Of a DNA stretch of 64,000 nucleotides, positions 54,860 to 64,000 are shown in pieces; within the stretch, counting starts at the first letter, position 1; each line of letters starts with the position of its first letter. The notes below the pieces were generated by a model, which saw only the letters and a program-made list of their open reading frames with translations, was not told where the DNA came from and made no database searches. Source of the stretch: Bacillota bacterium (GTDB lineage: Bacteria; Gemmatimonadota; Gemmatimonadetes; Gemmatimonadales; GWC2-71-9); the NCBI GenBank assembly GCA_050257015.1, contig JBLMWC010000012.1, positions 2,712 to 66,711 of the forward strand, written 5' to 3'. Made by a program: the position numbers and the translations under genes.

Positions 54860-57800
54860 CTATCCCTCACCCAGGCTCGCCAGCCCGCGCTGTGCCTGGC
54901 GCACGAACCCCTCCAGAGCCGGATCCGCCGATTTCCACTGGTTCAGCACCTGCCGGAACTCGGCCCGGGCCTCCGTGGTATGTCCCAGCTTGGCATGGAG
55001 TTCCGCCCGCATCAGCCGCACCCGCCCGATCAGCCCCCAGCGGGGGTCGAATCCCCGGCGGGGATAGACGTCGGGCTCGAAGCTGTTGAGCAGCGACAGC
55101 GCCGTCTGGTAATCACCCAGGCGGTAGTAGACCTCCGCCGCGAGCGGCCGCTGATACACCATGTAACCGGTCTTCATCATCGACGTGTCGGGCTCGGCCA
55201 GGGCGCGGCGGGCAGCGGCGGGATCCCGCCGCTCGAGTGCCAGCAGCGCCCGGACTTCCTTGGGCGGCTTGTCGCCGGTGAGTGATGCCAGCTCGGTCAC
55301 CGCGCTCGAGTCCCCCTCGGTGCCCGCAAAGAGCTCGATCGCCGCGGTGCCGCCCGTCTGCACCACCCGCTTCCGGTCGGCCGGCGGCGCCATGCGCCCC
55401 GCCTCCGCGGCACTCTGCCAGACCCGCCGGAGCGACGCCGCGGGGGCGCCGACCGCGGCGTAGAGCTGACCCAGCGCCGAGCGGTGCCACGCATCGCCGG
55501 CGAAGAAGCTCTGGGGCGACACCAGCCCGCCGTACACCTCGCGCCGGGTCCGGTCGGCCAGGTCGAGTGCCCTCGCGGCGTTGCCCACGTCACCGATGTA
55601 GGCGAAGACGTTCGCGGCCGATGCGAGGTCCTCGAAGACGGTGGGGTTCCCCTCGAGGTGCTGGAAATCGCTCGGCTCGGTCGTGTCGAGCGCGCCGCGC
55701 AGCGTCGCGGCGGCGCGGTCGACGTCGCCGGCCGCGAAGTGGATCCGGGCCTCCACGAACGGCGACTCCGGATCCGACGGCACCAGCGCGCGGTAGCGAC
55801 CCAGCTCCGCCAGTGCCCCGGCGTAGTCGGCGGCGGCGATATACGCGTCGATCATCGCGGCGTGCGCCCGGAGCGTCGTCGGCTGGCTCCCGACCCAGGC
55901 GCGGGCCAGTGCCACCACTTCGGTCCGTGCGCGCCGCATCGCGGCGGAGCGGCTCGCGCTGTCGATCGTGCTCCGGCCGGCGGCGTCACGGGTGAAGGCG
56001 ACAGAGTCTCCCGCCAGGAGCGCAATCCCTCCCGACGGCCGCGCGGCCTCGGACAGGATCGTGCCGACGTGATCGTAGGCGAGCGAGTAGTCGGGATCGA
56101 GCGCCAGCGCCCGACGGAAGGCGCGGAGCCCCTCCGTCAGCTCGGTCGGGCGCGAGTCGTGTCCGTCGCCGTGGAACCACGCTTCCCCCAGCCCGTACCA
56201 CGCGTCGGCGTCGCCCGGGTTGTGGGCGATCAGCTGCTGGTACAGCGCCCGCGCCGTCGGCAGGTCCATCGCCAGGAAGGCGCGATACGCGTTGATGACG
56301 GTGCGCTCGTGCTCCGGAAGCCGCGATGCATAGGTGATTGCATGCACCATCGCGGCGTCGGCCATTGAATCGCTGGTGCCGACGATCCAGCCGCGCGTGA
56401 GCGCCAGCTTGTAGTAGGCGAGGGCGAAGGTCGTGTCGATCGCGGTCGCCCTCCGGAGCTCGCGCTCCGCGTCGGCCAGGTCCCAGCGGTTGAGCGCCTC
56501 CTGCCCCGCGAGATAGGCGCGAAATGCCTGGAGCGAGCCGGTCGTCGCCTGCGCGAGGCTCGCGCGCACGCGGCTCGGCGCCCCCGAGAGGTCGAGCAGA
56601 CGGGCCGCGAGCTGGTCGAAGACCGGCCGGAGATCCTCGCCCGAGCGGTCGTCGGCCTGCGCCACGTCCACCCGCCGCCCGGTCGCCACGTCGTAGACCC
56701 GCGCGACGAGATGCAGCGAGTCGCCCGCCTGGCGGAAGTCGCCGAGGACCACGGTCCAGACACCGGCGTCGCGCGCGAGACGGCGGGCCATGTCGAGGCC
56801 GATCGTCTCGCCGACCGCGATCTTCCGCCGTGCCAGCAGGTCGTGCAGGCGCTCGTGATCCACCACCTGGAGGTCGTTCCACTGCGACAGGTTGAGCGCG
56901 AGCATGCTGACGCTGCCGTCCTCCAGCCACGTGATCTCCGGATCGGCCTGGAGGTTTTCGAACGGCAGCACGAGAATCGACTGCCGCGGGTTCACTCCCG
57001 GCGGGGGCCCCTCGTGCCGCGTGAGCGGCAGCGCGAAGCCCACGGCCGCGAGCGCGGCCAGTGCCCCGGCGGCGACCCACTTCCGCTTCGGCCGGCGCGG
57101 GAGCGGCAGCAGGTGCCGCTCGTGCACCAGCGCGGCGCGGAACTCGTCGCCGGTCTGGAAGCGGTCGCCCGGGGCTTTCTCGAGCGCCTTCGCCACCGCT
57201 TCGGACAGCGCCTGCGGACAGTCGGACCGGATCCGTGCGACCGGAGTCGGCCGCTCGGTCATGTGCTTGGACACGACGACGCGGTTCGGCCCGGAGAACG
57301 GGGGCATCCCGGTGAGCATTTCGTAGAGGACGATCCCCAGCGCGTACAGATCGCTCCGCCCGTCCACCTCCTCGCCGGCGGCCTGCTCGGGGCTCATGTA
57401 CGTCGGCGTGCCGATCGCCACGCCTTCGCCGGTCGACGATTCGCCGCTGAAATCGTGCGCCATCGCACGCGCGATGCCGAAGTCGGCCAGGAGCGCGCGG
57501 CCGGTGCCGGCCTCGAGGAGGACGTTCTCCGGCTTCACGTCCCGGTGCACCACCCCCGCCCTCCACGCGGCGCCGAGGGCCGATGCCATGTCGGCTGCGA
57601 TGCGGGCAGCCTCCGGTGCCGGGAGGCGTCCGTCGCGCTGCAGCCGCTGGCGGAGACTCTCTCCCGGAATCGCGTCCATCACGTACCAGAGGAGGTCGGT
57701 GCTGGAGCCGGCGGCGTGGACGCCGACGATGTTGGGGTGCTGGAGTCGGGCGACGGTGCGGGCCTCGGCGAGGAATCGCCGGGCGATCGCGTCGTTGGTG

Positions 57801-57964
57801 GCAAGCTCGGGATGGACCACCTTCACCGCGACCGGCCGGTCGAGCGTCGTGTCCACTGCCCGGAAGATGACGCCCATGCCGCCGCGCCCGAGCTCGCGCT
57901 CGAGGCGGTACTGGGGGCCCAGTGCCGCCTGCAGGCGGCTCATCAGATCGGGGATCTGCTCCAT
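54860..57964 (-). CDS. Membrane-spanning Ser/Thr protein kinase with a large extracytoplasmic sensor and TPR region
   Basis: [42 protein letters not shown]. One TM helix ([17 protein letters not shown]), then about 700 aa with TPR-like repeats. Confidence 0.92.
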   Translation of the reverse strand: MEQIPDLMSRLQAALGPQYRLERELGRGGMGVIFRAVDTTLDRPVAVKVVHPELATNDAIARRFLAEARTVARLQHPNIVGVHAAGSSTDLLWYVMDAIPGESLRQRLQRDGRLPAPEAARIAADMASALGAAWRAGVVHRDVKPENVLLEAGTGRALLADFGIARAMAHDFSGESSTGEGVAIGTPTYMSPEQAAGEEVDGRSDLYALGIVLYEMLTGMPPFSGPNRVVVSKHMTERPTPVARIRSDCPQALSEAVAKALEKAPGDRFQTGDEFRAALVHERHLLPLPRRPKRKWVAAGALAALAAVGFALPLTRHEGPPPGVNPRQSILVLPFENLQADPEITWLEDGSVSMLALNLSQWNDLQVVDHERLHDLLARRKIAVGETIGLDMARRLARDAGVWTVVLGDFRQAGDSLHLVARVYDVATGRRVDVAQADDRSGEDLRPVFDQLAARLLDLSGAPSRVRASLAQATTGSLQAFRAYLAGQEALNRWDLADAERELRRATAIDTTFALAYYKLALTRGWIVGTSDSMADAAMVHAITYASRLPEHERTVINAYRAFLAMDLPTARALYQQLIAHNPGDADAWYGLGEAWFHGDGHDSRPTELTEGLRAFRRALALDPDYSLAYDHVGTILSEAARPSGGIALLAGDSVAFTRDAAGRSTIDSASRSAAMRRARTEVVALARAWVGSQPTTLRAHAAMIDAYIAAADYAGALAELGRYRALVPSDPESPFVEARIHFAAGDVDRAAATLRGALDTTEPSDFQHLEGNPTVFEDLASAANVFAYIGDVGNAARALDLADRTRREVYGGLVSPQSFFAGDAWHRSALGQLYAAVGAPAASLRRVWQSAAEAGRMAPPADRKRVVQTGGTAAIELFAGTEGDSSAVTELASLTGDKPPKEVRALLALERRDPAAARRALAEPDTSMMKTGYMVYQRPLAAEVYYRLGDYQTALSLLNSFEPDVYPRRGFDPRWGLIGRVRLMRAELHAKLGHTTEARAEFRQVLNQWKSADPALEGFVRQAQRGLASLGEG

Positions 57965-58140
57965 CGCGGATACTCCGGCGGCGACTGCTCCGCTCAGGCC
58001 CTGCGGGTGGCGGCGGTCATCCGATCAGCAAATATACGTCTCGGGACCACCGGGAGGTTCAAGGTTGGATTCACCGGGACGCCAAATGGTTGCGTCCCCT
58101 CCCGCATCCGCGCCCGCCGAGCCGCGAAACGGTTGCGGGG

Positions 58141-59040
58141 ATGTTGAGCGCCGCCGCCTATCGTCGCCCTCCCTTTCACCCGGAGCGGCACGTGGTCTAC
58201 GAATCCGGCAATCTCACGGTGGCGGCCGTGCTTACGCCCGGCGAGCGGCAGCGGGTCGACGCTGCGGGTAACGGGATCTTCGCGGTCGTGCACCGCGATT
58301 CGGTGCCGGATGCGGTGCGCGTCGTCCGCGAGCGTCCGGTGGACGCCGTCCTCGTGTCGGTCCATCGCTGCGCGCCCGAGCAGATCGGCGCGGTCGGGCG
58401 GCTCGTCCGCGATTTTCCCGGCATCCCGACCGTGGCGCTGGTCTCCCAGCACAACGCCGGCGCCACCGAGATGCTCCTCCGGCTCGGCGCGTCGGGGGTG
58501 CGGCAGGTCGTGGATGTCACCGTCCCCGCGGGGTGGGCCCAGCTCCGCCAGGTCGTGGGCCAGCCCGCCACGCGCGCGGTCGCCCGGATTCAGGGCCCGA
58601 TTCTCGAGGCGCTGGGGGAAGCGCCGCCCGACGCGCGGCTCTTCGTCGAGGTGATGGTGCGGCTCGCTCCCGAGACGCCGACCGTCCGGAAGCTCTCGGG
58701 ACGGCTGCACGTGCGGCCAAGCACGCTGATGTCGCGGTTCTCCCGGGCGGGGCTGCCGAGCCCGAAGAACTACCTCGCGGCGGTCCGGCTGCTCCATGCG
58801 GCGCACCTCTTTGAGGCCGGCGGCCTCTCGGTCGCCGACGTCTCCTACCGGCTCGAGTACTCCTCGCCCCAGAGCTTCGGCCGCCACCTGCGGACGATGC
58901 TCGGCATCACCTCGTCCGAATTTCGGCAGCGTTTCCCCTTCCCGCTCGCCCTCGATCGCTTCATCGCGCTGATGCTGATGCCGTACCGGAAGACGTGGGA
59001 GGAGTTCCATCCGCTGGCGGCCGGGGGGTGGGACGCCTGA
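58141..59040 (+). CDS. AraC-family (HTH_18) transcriptional regulator with a receiver-like N-terminal region
   Basis: C-terminal ..LSGRLHVRPSTLMSRFSRAGLPSPKNYLAAVRLLHAAHLFE..SVADVSYRLEYSSPQSFGRHLRTMLG is the AraC double HTH. ATG 58141 lies inside track ORF 57922-59040. Confidence 0.75.
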   Translation: MLSAAAYRRPPFHPERHVVYESGNLTVAAVLTPGERQRVDAAGNGIFAVVHRDSVPDAVRVVRERPVDAVLVSVHRCAPEQIGAVGRLVRDFPGIPTVALVSQHNAGATEMLLRLGASGVRQVVDVTVPAGWAQLRQVVGQPATRAVARIQGPILEALGEAPPDARLFVEVMVRLAPETPTVRKLSGRLHVRPSTLMSRFSRAGLPSPKNYLAAVRLLHAAHLFEAGGLSVADVSYRLEYSSPQSFGRHLRTMLGITSSEFRQRFPFPLALDRFIALMLMPYRKTWEEFHPLAAGGWDA

Positions 59041-59064
59041 TCGGGCGCCGGGCGCACACCCCGG

Positions 59065-60135
59065 TCACGCCGGCGGGGTCACGAAGAAGAAGGCCAGCGC
59101 CAGCAGTCCGTAGACCGTCAGGAGCAGCACCCCTTCGAACCAGGTCGTTTCGCCGTCCTGCGCCACCGTGCGCACCGCCACCGACGTCCCCGCGATGGCG
59201 ATGAGCTCGAGTGGATTGTTGAAGACGAGATTCATCGGGTGACCGATGAAGTACGAGACGATCACCAGTACCGGCGCCGTCAGGAGTGCCACCTGGATGC
59301 TGGAGCCGACGGTGATGCTCATGACGAGTCCCATGCGGTCCTGCCGCGCGAAGAAGACCGCCGCGAAGTACTCCGCCGCATTGCCGATGATCGCGAGCAC
59401 GGTGACACCGAGGAAGAACTCCGACATCCCGAGCGACCGGGCCGACGCCTCGAGCGCGCCCGACACCAGCTCCGATTCGAGTGCCACGAGCGCCGTGCCG
59501 CCCACCAGCACCGCGAGCGACCGCCAGAGCGGCCACGCCGCCGTCTCGCCCTTCGGATGATCGTCGTCGCCGAAGACGTCGCTGTGGGTGACCAGGGTGT
59601 AGATGAGGTTGGCGCCGTACGCGCCGATGAGGAGGATCGAGACGCCGAGGCTCAGGTGCTCGTCCAGCGTCGAGGCGTGCGCCCGCGGGCTTACGTCGCG
59701 CACGGTATAGTCGAAGATCGCCGGAATCAGGAGCGCGATGACCGAGAGGATCAGCAGGCTCGACAGCAGTCCCGACCGCTGCCGCGAGAACGTCTGGCGC
59801 GTGCGCCCCCAGCTCCCCACGATGATCGCCAGGCCGAGGCCGAGGAGACCGTTCCCGATGAAGGAGCCGGTGATCTGCCCTTTCACCACGTCGGGCCGCC
59901 CCGCGCTCAGGACGAAGAGCGCGAGGATCAGCTCGGCGACATTGCCGAAGGTGACGTTGAGGAGTCCACCGATCGCCGACCCCGCCACGCGAGCGATCTG
60001 ATCGGTGGCGCGCCGGATCCATTCGGCGAGCGGAACGATGGCGAGGGCCGACGCGGCAAAGACGACGAGGGGTGAGGCGTGCGCCGCGTACCGCAGCACC
60101 AGCGAGAGCGGAATGAGCAGCAGCAGCCAGGTCAT
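59065..60135 (-). CDS. Ca2+/H+ antiporter (CAX/ChaA family)
   Basis: [19 protein letters not shown] and a second repeat [16 protein letters not shown], which are the alpha-repeat GNxxE motifs. About 11 TM helices. Confidence 0.85.
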   Translation of the reverse strand: MTWLLLLIPLSLVLRYAAHASPLVVFAASALAIVPLAEWIRRATDQIARVAGSAIGGLLNVTFGNVAELILALFVLSAGRPDVVKGQITGSFIGNGLLGLGLAIIVGSWGRTRQTFSRQRSGLLSSLLILSVIALLIPAIFDYTVRDVSPRAHASTLDEHLSLGVSILLIGAYGANLIYTLVTHSDVFGDDDHPKGETAAWPLWRSLAVLVGGTALVALESELVSGALEASARSLGMSEFFLGVTVLAIIGNAAEYFAAVFFARQDRMGLVMSITVGSSIQVALLTAPVLVIVSYFIGHPMNLVFNNPLELIAIAGTSVAVRTVAQDGETTWFEGVLLLTVYGLLALAFFFVTPPA

Positions 60136-60153
60136 GCGCGCCTCACCGGCCGG

Positions 60154-61455
60154 TCACAGCGCCGGCAGTACCTCGCCCCGACACTCGCCGAAGCCGATGC
60201 GCCGCGCGCCCGGCCGCTCGCAGGCGCCGCGCATGATCACCTCGTCCCCGTCCTCGAGGAACCTGCGGGTCTCCCCGCCGGGCAGCTCGATCGGCTCGGT
60301 CCCCCGCCACGTAAGCTCCAGCATGCAGCCGCGCGAATCCTTCGTCGCGCCGGAGATGGTGCCGCTGGCGATGAGATCGCCCGGCTGCAGGTTGCAGCCG
60401 TTGCTGGTGTGATGGGCCACCATCTGCCCGAGCGTCCAGTACATGTCGGCGAACCGTGCGCGCGAGAGGCGCGTCGGCGGCGTCCCCGCCGCCCGCATCG
60501 CCCGGGAGCTGAGCCAGACTTCGAGCTCCAGGTCGAATCCGCCGCGCGCCCGGTCCGCCTCGCTGTCGAGGTAGGCGAGCGGGGCCGGGTCGCCCGCGGG
60601 ACGGACGTAGGCCGGCGCCCGGAAAGGCGCCAGGGCCTCCAGCGTCACCACCCACGGCGAAACCGTGGTGGCGAAGTTCTTCGCCAGGAACGGACCCAGC
60701 GGCTGGTACTCCCAGGTCTGGATATCGCGGGCCGACCAGTCGTTCACCAGGCAGAGACCGAAGATGTGCTCCTCCGCTTCCGCCAGCGGGATCGGCTGGC
60801 CCAGCGTGTTGCCCGGCCCGATGAAGGCGCCGACCTCGGTCTCGTAGTCGAGGTGCCGTGCCGGGCCGAAGACCGGTCCGGCGGCCTGCGCGTCCTTGAT
60901 CTGCCCGTTCGGCCGCCGGACCGCGGTCCCGCTCGGCACGATGGACGAGGCCCGCCCGTGATACCCGATCGGGACGTACTTGTAGTTGGGGAGCAGCGGG
61001 TTGTCGGGTCGGAACATGCTGCCGACGTTGGTGGCGTGATGCACCGACGCGTAGAAGTCGCTGTAGTCGCCGACGCGGGCGGGCCGGAGGAGCTGCGCCC
61101 GGTCCATGGGAACGAGGAGATCCTCGCGCCGTGGGCTCCCGGTGCGGAGGAGCCGGCTGAGCTCGAGCCGGAGCGCCCGCCAGTGCTCGCGGCCGAGCGC
61201 CAGCAGCTCGTTCAGCGCCGGCGCATCGCACGCCTCGGCCGCGCGCGCCGCGAGCCCGCCCAGGAGCTCGGCGTGCCGTGCCGCGGTGACGTCGAGAATG
61301 CAGTCGCCGATCGCGACGCCGACCCGCGGCATCTCGTCCCGGTCGGGATGGCGGAAGACGCCGAACGGCAGGTTCTGGATCGGGAAGTCGGTCCCGGCCC
61401 GCTCGGCCGATTCGACCCAGCTGGTCAGCGCGGGATCATGCGTTTCGTCGGTCAT
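60154..61455 (-). CDS. fahA: Fumarylacetoacetase (FAH) family hydrolase
   Basis: SWVESA..DFPIQNLPFGVF (FAH N-terminal domain), ..IGYHGRASS.., ..LDYETEVG.. and ..GDLIASGTISG... 433 aa. Confidence 0.88.
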   Translation of the reverse strand: MTDETHDPALTSWVESAERAGTDFPIQNLPFGVFRHPDRDEMPRVGVAIGDCILDVTAARHAELLGGLAARAAEACDAPALNELLALGREHWRALRLELSRLLRTGSPRREDLLVPMDRAQLLRPARVGDYSDFYASVHHATNVGSMFRPDNPLLPNYKYVPIGYHGRASSIVPSGTAVRRPNGQIKDAQAAGPVFGPARHLDYETEVGAFIGPGNTLGQPIPLAEAEEHIFGLCLVNDWSARDIQTWEYQPLGPFLAKNFATTVSPWVVTLEALAPFRAPAYVRPAGDPAPLAYLDSEADRARGGFDLELEVWLSSRAMRAAGTPPTRLSRARFADMYWTLGQMVAHHTSNGCNLQPGDLIASGTISGATKDSRGCMLELTWRGTEPIELPGGETRRFLEDGDEVIMRGACERPGARRIGFGECRGEVLPAL

Positions 61456-61461
61456 CGGCAG

Positions 61462-62373
61462 TCAGATGATATGGAGGGCGCGGAGCTCGGCCACCGGCTC
61501 GGTAAACGAGCAGGAACCGAACGCCACGGCGGCACGGGCGCGGAGGTGGCGGAGATCATCGAGGTCCAGGCGGCGCCCGCGCCAGGAGATTCCCTGCGGG
61601 TCGAATCGGAGCGCGGCGGGATCCGTCTCGGTGAGGATCTTTTCGAGCTCGGCGAGATCGAGCCCCTGGGGCGCCAGCGCCGCGGCCAGGAAGATGTTGA
61701 GGAAGCCGTACATGGTGCCCGACGGGCTGCCGGCATCGTAGGTGAGCCGGTAGTCGCCGCGGAGCGGATGATGGAGGCCGGCCGTGGCCTTGAAGGGGAC
61801 GCCGGCGTCGGCACACGCCCGAATGAAGCGGGCCACTATCGACGGCGCGGGAAACGCGTCCGCCGTGACCCCACCCGTCCGTATCTTGGCCCGTGCCCCC
61901 ACGCCGCGGAGCACGCCGATGAGGTCGGAGGGGTCGTCGACGATCGGGATCTCGACGTACGCCATGACCGATGCCGGGACCGACCGCGCCACCCGCTCGG
62001 CCGCCGACGCGTCGTTCGCGCGGAGCTCCATCGTATCGATCACCGCCCGCCCGATCGCGCGGTGCGCGTGGCGCTCGTTGAACGCCCAGACCCGTTCCGC
62101 GTCGTCCGCGGGATCGGTGCCGCCGAGTACGCTGATCGCCCACGGGGCGGTCTCGGCGTCGCGGGGCAGCAGTACCGCTGCGGCGTCCTCGAATTCCTGC
62201 AGGCGCGCCGCGGGCACGATGAAGCGGCCCAGCATCCAGGAGGTGTCGGAGGCGAGGTGCTCGGCATACTGCCGGACCGCCGGCGCCATGTCGAGCCCGG
62301 CGGGCGGAAAGAGGCCGGCGTAGTCCACGAGGCCTTCGAGCAGGAGGCGTGCGCTGGCGATTGGCTCGGTCAT
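61462..62373 (-). CDS. Conserved hypothetical protein, possibly a TIM-barrel-like enzyme
   Basis: 304 aa. ..LVDYAGLFPPAGLDM.., ..AKIRTGGVTADAFP.., ..FKATAGLHHPLRG... ATG 62373 has GGAG 7 nt upstream. The stop is 6 nt from the fahA start. I recognise no named family. Confidence 0.5.
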   Translation of the reverse strand: MTEPIASARLLLEGLVDYAGLFPPAGLDMAPAVRQYAEHLASDTSWMLGRFIVPAARLQEFEDAAAVLLPRDAETAPWAISVLGGTDPADDAERVWAFNERHAHRAIGRAVIDTMELRANDASAAERVARSVPASVMAYVEIPIVDDPSDLIGVLRGVGARAKIRTGGVTADAFPAPSIVARFIRACADAGVPFKATAGLHHPLRGDYRLTYDAGSPSGTMYGFLNIFLAAALAPQGLDLAELEKILTETDPAALRFDPQGISWRGRRLDLDDLRHLRARAAVAFGSCSFTEPVAELRALHII

Positions 62374-62460
62374 GTTCGCTCCACTGCCCAATATATCCCG
62401 GCCCCGGGACGCGTCGCCGCCTGAAACCGCGTCTCGATCTGCACCGTACGGCGCACACCA

Positions 62461-63705
62461 ATGAAGCCCTCACTTCTCGCGGCGTCGTTCCGGGTCGGCG
62501 TTCAGACCCTCCGCTTCAATCCGCTGCGCACCGTCCTCTCGACGCTGGGCGTGGTGATCGGCGTGGCGTCGCTGGTCGCCGTGCTCGCGATCGGCGACGG
62601 CGCCGAAGCCTTTGCCCGCGATCAGATTGCGCGAACGACCGATCTCCAGACCCTGCTCGTCCGGCCGAAGACCGAGGAAACGATCGACGACGTGCGGATT
62701 CCGCGCACGACCTGGCCCGTCTTCACGCTGGCGGACGCGGACGGCCTCGCCGCCGCCCTCGGCCCCCGCGGCACCGTCTCTGCCAGCGTTACCGGCGCCG
62801 CGCGCGTGACGCCCGCCGGTGGCGGAGCTGGCCGGGCCGCCGTCGTGATGGGGGTGACCGCGGATGCCGAGCGCCGGCTGAACCCGCAGCTCGCCGCGGG
62901 TCGGTTCATCTCGGAGGCAGACGTGCGGAGCGCCGCCATGGTGGCGGTCGTCTCGTCGGCGCTGGCCTCCGCTGCCGGCGTCGGACTGGGCGACAGGCTC
63001 GAGCTCGAGGGTCGCGGGTTCCGCGTCGTGGGGATCCTCGCGGCGCCGGCCACGCAGCGGGCGGCTTCGGCGATGAGCGCGGTCGTTCCCTTTCCCGTCG
63101 CCGATTCGGCGATGGCGCGGGCCGCGTCTCCCCGCGCGCGGGATCTGGTGGTCCAGGTGGCGAACGTCGAAGGGGTGAGCGCGGCGAAGGCGGTCGTCGA
63201 ACGATGGGCCGCCGGGCGGCTCGGCTCAGGCTGGAGCGGGCAGATGTCGATCGCCACCAGCTCGGCGATGCGGCTGGACCAGGCCCGGAAGGCGATCCTC
63301 GTCTTCAAGATGGTGATGGGAGCGTTTGCGGGGATTTCGCTCGTCGTCGGCGGGCTCGGCATCATGAACGTCCTGCTGGCGGCGGTCACCGAGCGCACCC
63401 GCGAGATCGGCATTCGCAAGGCAACCGGCGCGCGTCAGCGGGACATCCTGATCCAGTTCCTCTCGGAGTCGGTCGCCATTACCGGCGCCGGCAGCGTCCT
63501 CGGTGTGCTGGTCGGGCTGACCGGCGCCTTCGGCATCACCGCGCTGATCCGGACGTGGTCGGATGCGCCGATGTACGCGGCGCTGACGTGGGAGACCGTC
63601 GCCGTCGCCGCGGCGGTCTCCATCGTCGTGGGTCTCGCCTTCGGAACCTTCCCCGCGCTGCGTGCCGCGCGCCTTTCCCCCATCGACGCCATCCGCCACG
63701 AGTGA
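62461..63705 (+). CDS. ABC transporter permease, MacB/FtsX type, with no adjacent ATPase
   Basis: N-terminal TM helix (MacB_PCD layout), a large periplasmic loop, and a C-terminal FtsX core ..ERTREIGIRKATGARQRDILIQFLSES... Confidence 0.85.
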   Translation: MKPSLLAASFRVGVQTLRFNPLRTVLSTLGVVIGVASLVAVLAIGDGAEAFARDQIARTTDLQTLLVRPKTEETIDDVRIPRTTWPVFTLADADGLAAALGPRGTVSASVTGAARVTPAGGGAGRAAVVMGVTADAERRLNPQLAAGRFISEADVRSAAMVAVVSSALASAAGVGLGDRLELEGRGFRVVGILAAPATQRAASAMSAVVPFPVADSAMARAASPRARDLVVQVANVEGVSAAKAVVERWAAGRLGSGWSGQMSIATSSAMRLDQARKAILVFKMVMGAFAGISLVVGGLGIMNVLLAAVTERTREIGIRKATGARQRDILIQFLSESVAITGAGSVLGVLVGLTGAFGITALIRTWSDAPMYAALTWETVAVAAAVSIVVGLAFGTFPALRAARLSPIDAIRHE

Positions 63706-63708
63706 TCG

Positions 63709-64000
63709 TCAGCCGCTCGGCGGCTCGACGATCACGATGTAGTCCTGGGCGTTCGCGATGTCGGCGATCCGCGCCCGGAGCTGCAGCGTCATCGCGCTGC
63801 CGTCGGCCCGCCGGAGCCTGACATGCTCGGTGCCGCTGGCGGCCGCCGAGGCCAGGAGTGTCAGCACCCGGTCCCGCTCGGCCGGGTCGGCGAAGAGCCC
63901 GCTGATCCGCATGAGCTCGATCGCCTCTGACCGCGATGCGTAGCCCAGCATCGCCGCGAGGGCGCTGTTCACCGCGAGAACCTCCCCGCCCCTCCCCACC
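63709..64000 (-). CDS. C-terminal PAS-domain fragment of a sensor protein; 5' end is outside the window
   Basis: ..GGEVLAVNSALAAMLGYASRSEAIELMRISGLFADPAERD..GTEHVRLRRADGSAMTLQLRA.. is PAS-like. The track's M at 63999 is a GTG at the window edge, so the true start is probably further upstream. Confidence 0.6.
   Translation of the reverse strand, partial: VGRGGEVLAVNSALAAMLGYASRSEAIELMRISGLFADPAERDRVLTLLASAAASGTEHVRLRRADGSAMTLQLRARIADIANAQDYIVIVEPPSG

Noticed and set aside
63709-63999. Complete 96-aa PAS protein starting at 63999
   Set aside because: The apparent start is a GTG two nt from the window edge, and a lone C-terminal half of a PAS domain is implausible. I treated it as a 5'-truncated gene.

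Overview
High-GC bacterial chromosomal window, very gene-dense, with no rRNA, CRISPR array, IS element, integrase or prophage signal that I can see. All functional calls come from reading motifs in the supplied translations and in my own translations; no homology search was possible. The gene content (many secreted M16 peptidases, a DUF5916/CBM9 protein, a TPR Ser/Thr kinase, orphan FtsX-type permeases) suggests a Gemmatimonadota-like lineage, but that is inference only.

**Landmarks**
- The replication-origin neighbourhood is present: mnmE-yidC-yidD-rnpA-rpmH on the minus strand, diverging from dnaA-dnaN on the plus strand.
  - A sigma70-like dnaA promoter carries a DnaA box in its spacer.
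  - The dnaA-dnaN spacer contains the only strongly AT-rich stretch in the window, next to DnaA-trio-like repeats.
- RNA genes are RNase P RNA (rnpB, minus strand, 54463-54850) and tRNA-Phe(GAA), which has a textbook bidirectional terminator.
- rpmH is under 60 aa and is absent from the ORF track. An edge-truncated A-PCP (NRPS-like) gene at 1-1673 is also absent.
- Housekeeping genes include glnN (type III glutamine synthetase), upp, holA, mutS, ddl, a cystathionine beta-synthase-like gene, mtgA and fahA. There are also four tandem M16 peptidase genes.

**Most interesting region: 33615-44319**
- Thirteen co-directional genes are almost all joined by overlapping stop/start codons.
- They encode, in order:
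  - a XoxF-type PQQ alcohol dehydrogenase with the lanthanide D-Y-D signature, followed by XoxJ and a c-type cytochrome;
  - a complete caa3-type cytochrome c oxidase with CtaG, a second cytochrome c and a His-rich lipoprotein;
  - an Nramp-family transporter in which all canonical metal-site residues are replaced (DPGN to EAGS; AxxMPH to AxxSPY);
  - two small PRC-barrel proteins.
- I propose, as a hypothesis only, that this is a self-contained membrane-anchored alcohol-oxidation respiratory module with a dedicated hard-cation (possibly lanthanide) transporter.

**ORF-track artefacts**
Many long ORFs in the track are antisense or off-frame products of the high GC content and were rejected.
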